DNA from: an uncultured Rikenellaceae bacterium
GTDB taxonomy: Bacteria; Bacteroidota; Bacteroidia; Bacteroidales; VadinHA17
Assembly: GCA_963770745.1 (NCBI GenBank)
Contig: CAVYRA010000004.1
Location: 383,667 to 447,666 of the forward strand
Direction: 5' to 3'
DNA: 64,000 nt
The translations under genes were made by a program, and so were the position numbers. Of the stretch, positions 59,198 through 64,000 are shown piece after piece (the first letter of the stretch is position 1; each line of letters begins with the position of its first letter). The notes below the pieces were generated by a model. That model was not told the origin of the DNA. It saw only the letters and a list, made by a program, of their open reading frames with translations, and ran no database searches.

Positions 59198-60345
59198 TCA
59201 GGCTCCGTAGCTCAATGGCATAGATGGTACCGGCGACCGAAAGCACCAGTTGGGCTCAAGCAGCACCCAGAATAGTGCATTCAGCTCTCTGAACAGGATG
59301 TGGTGGCGCAATGCCCTGTAAAATCTGTTCTTCTCTCTTAAAAGTCTGACAAACATGTAAAACCACAACAAAAACCCAATTAGTCCGGAACCGTTGAGCA
59401 TTATCATATAATCAGTGTGCAGCATTCTCTTGCTGTTAAAGAACAGACGGTCGTTAAATACCTCGGATCCGATTAGTTTATGGTGGAATGATCCGGAATA
59501 CCATGTACTCATAACCGCCTTATCTCGCTTATCCTTCCTTCCGTTTCTATTGTCTCCTCGGTAAGTTCAACTCTTTCGCCCCGGGCTTCAAACCGCACCT
59601 GAAATAAACTTACCAATTTCGGAAAAGCAGGAATAATCGACAAGTCCCAGTCGACCAGTATTAACGTTGCCCTTATCAGCAAGGTGACTCTTTGCTTGGC
59701 AAGCAGATATGTTATTATCCCAGCTACAGCAGAGATCAGTACTGATCGCTTTATTCCCATAATAGCTACTAGAAAGCCGATAAGGTAAATCGCCAGCACG
59801 GTTTTGCGGTATTTCTTGACAAACAGCATTGTTACGGGAAACATAAAAACCAGGATCAGAATATTCTTTGTAATATTTACACGGCCAGCCCCGAATAAAA
59901 TGTCTGATCGAGATAATCAGACGTTCCCAGGTCGAATATATTAGCGATGGCAATGTTCAGGAGGTGGAGGAGAAGGATCACAAAAAGTACCCGGAGCAAA
60001 ATCTCCAGCTTCCTGATGGAGTTAATGTAGTAGTATCCAATAGGCAGCATCATCACCCCAAGGAAAAACTTCAGGAAACAGGTTGCCCGACAGCAATCTG
60101 TCTGTAGAGAAAAGCGCCAGGATCATGTAATAGACTAGATAGAGTATAATGAACCTGTATAAGCCCTCATTGGGCACGGTCACTATGAAATAAACTGCAA
60201 ATACTCCTATTATCAGGGCACGCAGGTTGCCGGTATTAAAGATGTCTGAACTGAAATATTCCGAGGTGTTCGAAGCAATGGCATTAATCAGCGGAATGGC
60301 AAGTACAAAATAAAACTGCCATGAATATTTCACTGTCTTAACCAT
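59198..60345 (-). pseudogene. polytopic membrane protein, Wzy/O-antigen-polymerase-like, frame-broken
   Basis: Hydrophobic ORF fragments 60022..60345, 59509..59844/59588..59953 and 59198..59512 lie in different frames. Position within a glycosyltransferase locus. Assigned by context and hydrophobicity only. Confidence 0.35.
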
Positions 60346-61530
60346 TAACGACTTCGGTCAATATCTGTTTGTACTGCTGTGACCTGGCTTTCCATGAAAA
60401 TTCTTCCGGAGGCCACGTGATTAATGAATGTGATACCGCTGTCCATGATCTTTCTTATCGCCCCGACAATCATCTCAGCCTTGTTTGGCGTCAATACTAT
60501 ATGACCGGCGCCATGTAATACCTCAAGTGCAGGCGACTGCCCCCGGTCAGCAGTGCAAAGCACCGGACGGTTAATCATGGATATCTCAAATACCTTGCCC
60601 GGTGTCTGAATGCCGTAGGCATTGTCAATAACACAACTGCATCGGCATCCAGGTAAACATTTATCAGATCGCTGTGTGCAACCTGTCCTCTGAAATTATA
60701 TGGTGTGCCGCTGACCCGGTATTTAGGAACTCACTGTTATATGAGCCGTACATATCCAGCCTCACCTCTTTGGCCTGATTGATTCATTGAGCAATGAGAT
60801 GGCCTTGTACAGTTCATGATGGCTCCCTCAACCCCTGGTATAACTGCCCTGCATATACAAGGCTGAAATATTTCCTTTCACCTGATCTGGCATATTCGTC
60901 TGATTCGCTCCTGACAGCCGAAATATATGATTCGCTGACACCGTAAGGGATGATGCTCACCTGCTCCGGGCGGAGGTTCTTATATGTTCTGAGATAGTGA
61001 TCACGTGTTATCGTGTTGGTGACAATGAGCCTGTCAATGTCCTTCAGGTACCTCTTTTCAAAAGTGCGGGCCAACAGATCTTTAATGAACCCGTTCTTTG
61101 AATTTTTGTAAAACGGATCTCCAACATCAAGAATGATCCCGGCCCCTGTCTTCCGCCTCAGAGCCCTTATACTGAGCATCACCGTAAATGGAAATGCGCT
61201 GAGGACAACCACACCAAACTTATGTTCCCTTGTCAGCCTTAAAGCCTCCCGCCTTATCCTTCCTCCCTCCGTAATGACGCTGTCAGGGAAAAGCAGGGTC
61301 CTGGCCACCCTGGTGATTACAGATTTCAGTTTCCCCGGTTTCGCGCGAACACCGGGCATTGTCCCTGCCATAGTGCCCTCCCGGTTGAATAGTCTGCCAG
61401 GCAATGAATACTCCAGTGAGTGGATGGTAAGCCCGTCTTCATGCCTCACTCCTCCCTGCCCGTGTGTCAGTTCAAGGACATGAACGTCAAGAATGAACTC
61501 AGAAAGCTTAATATCTCTCTGAAGCGGATT
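60345..61530 (-). pseudogene. GT4-family glycosyltransferase B, frame-broken in the C-terminal half
   Basis: ORF 60814..61449 (N-terminal GT-B domain: VVVLSAFPFTVMLSIRALRRKTGAGIILDVGDPF...) and 60345..60578 (C-terminal fragment). The intervening 60579-60813 is readable only by changing frame. Confidence 0.5.
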
Positions 61531-61593
61531 GGCTCAGCACCTGTTATTGAGAAAGACCTTACTACAAACAGGACCCCTTTACCGGACACACTA

Positions 61594-62797
61594 TCATAGT
61601 TTTTTAACAAATGTAGTCATCAGAGCTTTCCCGTCACCTGTGACAACCAGGTAATACGACCCGGGCTTAAGAGCTGAAATATCAACCGTTTCAGACTGGC
61701 TGCCGGCAATTTTTCTTTGCATCAGAGAGCCCGTGTGACTGTATATGCTTATTCACTGTGCACAGCCTGTCCTTCCGGCAATACGACAGTCAGCTCATAT
61801 GATGCGGGATTCGGATAAACCTTCAGCACGCCATCACCAAAACTGTCGTCATTGCCCTTCGAACCATCAGAATAATCTTCCGGGAAGAGGCACTCACATG
61901 TACCAAGCAATGCTCCCATGTTTAAAAGCCTTACGGCAATCCTTACATATACCATCCTGGTCACTCCGTTATAACACACAGGTACTATCTTGTCTTTCAT
62001 TAGAGAGCGGTGATAAACGCTCTTGCCGGTCAGTACCCATTCATTGTCCGTCCAGGTCTCCGTGAGATATCCTGACAAATCGTTGAACCTGTCATATGAA
62101 TATATCTGCCTGTTCAGGTTGACAGTCCGTAAGTGCCCGTCTCAGGGAAATACTTAAGCGTCTGCCTCACCCTGGTGGCTGTCCTGTCCTGATCGTTATA
62201 CGTGAAAAGCTCAACCCAGAAAATGACATTGTCAGCAATACGTTGTTCATTCCTCTCAATAAGCCGGCCCTGGTCATCGTATATGTAGTTCTTGTATGAA
62301 AAATCCGTCCACACATCAGGCGAATACATCATCTGTCTCAGATAAGTGACCACGGTCATATCCTCTTCATAGTTATACCAGTGTTGCTGATACGGTACCC
62401 ATGATCCTTCACGATATGATGAAAACAGGTCTCGCTCCGGGTAACCATCTTCATCATAGAAGTAATCGGTCCGGGAACTGTTGATATATTCGGAATAATT
62501 CCAGACCTGAAGTATATAATTGACCTTCAATCCATTATCACTATAGGAGTAATCCTGCCTGTTGACACGATTCCTGGAAGGAAGTGACAGCCTTTCAACA
62601 ACCTGGATCAATTCCGCTGCATCAGCCGTATATATGAAAACATCCACGGGAGTGTATGTGTCTGTCTGCCCCACCCTGACATAGTTCACAACCGAATCCA
62701 GTTTCTGTAATATGACAGGCTCACAATCCAAATCCACTTGTCCGGCTGCTGGCAGAGCCATAACCAGACACAGTGATATAATGATTTCCCTTCTCAT
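61594..62797 (-). pseudogene. secreted YD-like repeat protein with T9SS type A C-terminal domain, two frame breaks
   Basis: ATG 62797 gives the signal peptide MRREIIISLCLVMALPAAGQ. YDEDGYPERD and YDDQGRLIERNEQ motifs. Breaks at ~62115 and ~61755. C-terminus KVYPNPASYELTVVL...IYSHTGSLMQRKIAGSQSETVDISALKPGSYYLVVTG. Confidence 0.6.
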
Positions 62798-62853
62798 TTT
62801 CTGAATGTTGTATTTCAATCTTATACGAACCGGGAGGGATTTTGTTCTTTGAT

Positions 62854-63858
62854 TCAACTCCTTTTTATTGGCCTTTCACGCCGTTGAAGTTTCTTAACCA
62901 CACCAACGGCCCGGCTGTAGAGCATAAAAAACCGGTAATCCACCCTTGCAGCTCTGTAAATGATGCGGTTCACCGGCCTGAAGAGATAAAATTCTGTCGT
63001 TCTGAATATCTCACTGTCGAAATACTCCCTGTACTCCCTCCACCTGCCTGTATTGATGGCTGTGATCATATGGTTGCGGATCCCCGAAAAGAAGTTATCC
63101 ATCGGTATCCTGACCCCGCTCTCCTTAGACAGGCCGCTCATCTGCCGGGCCATGAAGTGAAGATCGTCAATATGCACCGGCGAGATGCCTGATGTTGTGA
63201 TGGAACCCTCAACCTTGACGTAATTGTAAACCAGCCTGTCAGTATACATGACCCTGTCCGATCCCAGGTATGCACCCGCAGTGAAGATCAGGTCCTCATA
63301 CTTACGTCCTTCTATGAAGGTGAGGCCTCTGTCGGCAATCATCTGCCGTCTGAAGAGATGTGACCACGCTGAAACAAAAGGCTGTTTACCGTACCTGGCT
63401 ACATAACTGGTCAGATAACTCCGTCCGTCTGACACCTCCGACTCCCAGCCCGAATCAGGAAACATTAAGTTGCTGATTCCGTCTCTCACAACGTTCACCC
63501 TGAAATCGATAATATCAAGATTGTGGCGTGAACACAAGTCGTACAAATGGCCCAGTACATTCTCCTCCAGGTAGTCATCACCGTCAACAAACATAAGATA
63601 CTCGCCCTCCGCCACCCGCATTCCACTGTTTCTCGCATTGCTGAGTCCGCGGTTCGGCTGACTGATGATCTTAATATCCCGGCCACCTGAAGCATACGCC
63701 TCCGCTATCGCGAGACTTTCATCCGTGCTGCCATCATTGACACACACTACCTCGTCGTCATCCAGGTCCTGCCTTATAACAGAATCGAGGCATCTCCCAA
63801 GATAGTCCGCCGCATTGAAGAAAGGAATAATTATGCTGATCTTGTATCGGCTTTTCAT
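62854..63858 (-). CDS. GT2-family glycosyltransferase
   Basis: Intact ORF of 334 aa. ISIIIPFFNAADYLGRCLDSVIRQ...VVCVNDGSTDES...MFVDGDDYL (DxD). Confidence 0.85.
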   Translation of the reverse strand: MKSRYKISIIIPFFNAADYLGRCLDSVIRQDLDDDEVVCVNDGSTDESLAIAEAYASGGRDIKIISQPNRGLSNARNSGMRVAEGEYLMFVDGDDYLEENVLGHLYDLCSRHNLDIIDFRVNVVRDGISNLMFPDSGWESEVSDGRSYLTSYVARYGKQPFVSAWSHLFRRQMIADRGLTFIEGRKYEDLIFTAGAYLGSDRVMYTDRLVYNYVKVEGSITTSGISPVHIDDLHFMARQMSGLSKESGVRIPMDNFFSGIRNHMITAINTGRWREYREYFDSEIFRTTEFYLFRPVNRIIYRAARVDYRFFMLYSRAVGVVKKLQRRERPIKRS

Positions 63859-63893
63859 ACGGTATCATGTTTTGTCCCGGCCTGACTTGCCCT

Positions 63894-64000
63894 TCACAGA
63901 ATCCCCGACAATCGCGGTACCCTCTCGGTAATAATATTCCTTATCTCAATGTAGCCCTTCAGCCTTAATGACTTGCCAAGTGTCAACGTCAACACTGACA
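63894..64000 (-). CDS. 3' end of an unidentified gene running off the window
   Basis: An open minus-strand frame from the window edge to TGA at 63896-63894 (...GKSLRLKGYIEIRNIITERVPRLSGIL*). No recognisable motif. Confidence 0.25.
   Translation of the reverse strand, partial: SVLTLTLGKSLRLKGYIEIRNIITERVPRLSGIL

Noticed and set aside
1-64000. Scan for tRNA, rRNA, tmRNA and RNase P signatures (GGTTCGAATCC-type T-arms, GAGGAAAGTCC, and similar).
   Set aside because: None was seen in any intergenic region. This was a by-eye scan, so small or divergent RNAs could have been missed.

Overview
This 64-kb segment reads as a Bacteroidota-type chromosome. The evidence is T9SS type A and type B C-terminal sorting domains, a GldA-like ATPase, SprB-type repeats, and TAnnTTTG promoter boxes 17-25 nt upstream of start codons. 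The first 33 kb is mostly intact housekeeping: rbfA, a LolE-like permease, rpoN, asnS (two frame breaks), a tandem USP, metK, metF-metH, rnr, ispG and cysS. Three small units embedded there together look like a RiPP-type peptide-modification pathway without a cyclase. The first is PqqD plus an HprK-like kinase fused to a Sec11/SipW-type signal-peptidase domain (19.5-21.2 kb). The second is an ABC exporter plus NTP_transf_5 nucleotidyltransferase operon (26.8-30.1 kb). The third is a stand-alone 58-aa gene (33.07-33.24 kb) with its own promoter box and hairpin; its product has a lasso-type YxxP leader and a Ser/Pro tail ending in Ser. From 33.5 to 50.0 kb lies one ~16.5-kb SprB-like giant adhesin gene that is readable only across several frames and contains seven near-identical 273-bp tandem repeats. 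From 50 to 62.8 kb lies a co-directional polysaccharide-type locus (two ATP-grasp, AsnB-like, CapA, PSD-like, DUF354, deacetylase, two GT4, Wzy-like, one T9SS cargo gene) in which every recognisable gene is frame-disrupted. That contrasts sharply with the intact 8.7-, 3.6- and 2.1-kb ORFs nearby. Intergenic DNA at 10.9-13.4 kb carries heptanucleotide tandem arrays and REP-like hairpins. I recognised no rRNA, tRNA, CRISPR array, transposase or integrase. All functional calls rest on motif recognition by eye; no database search was possible.
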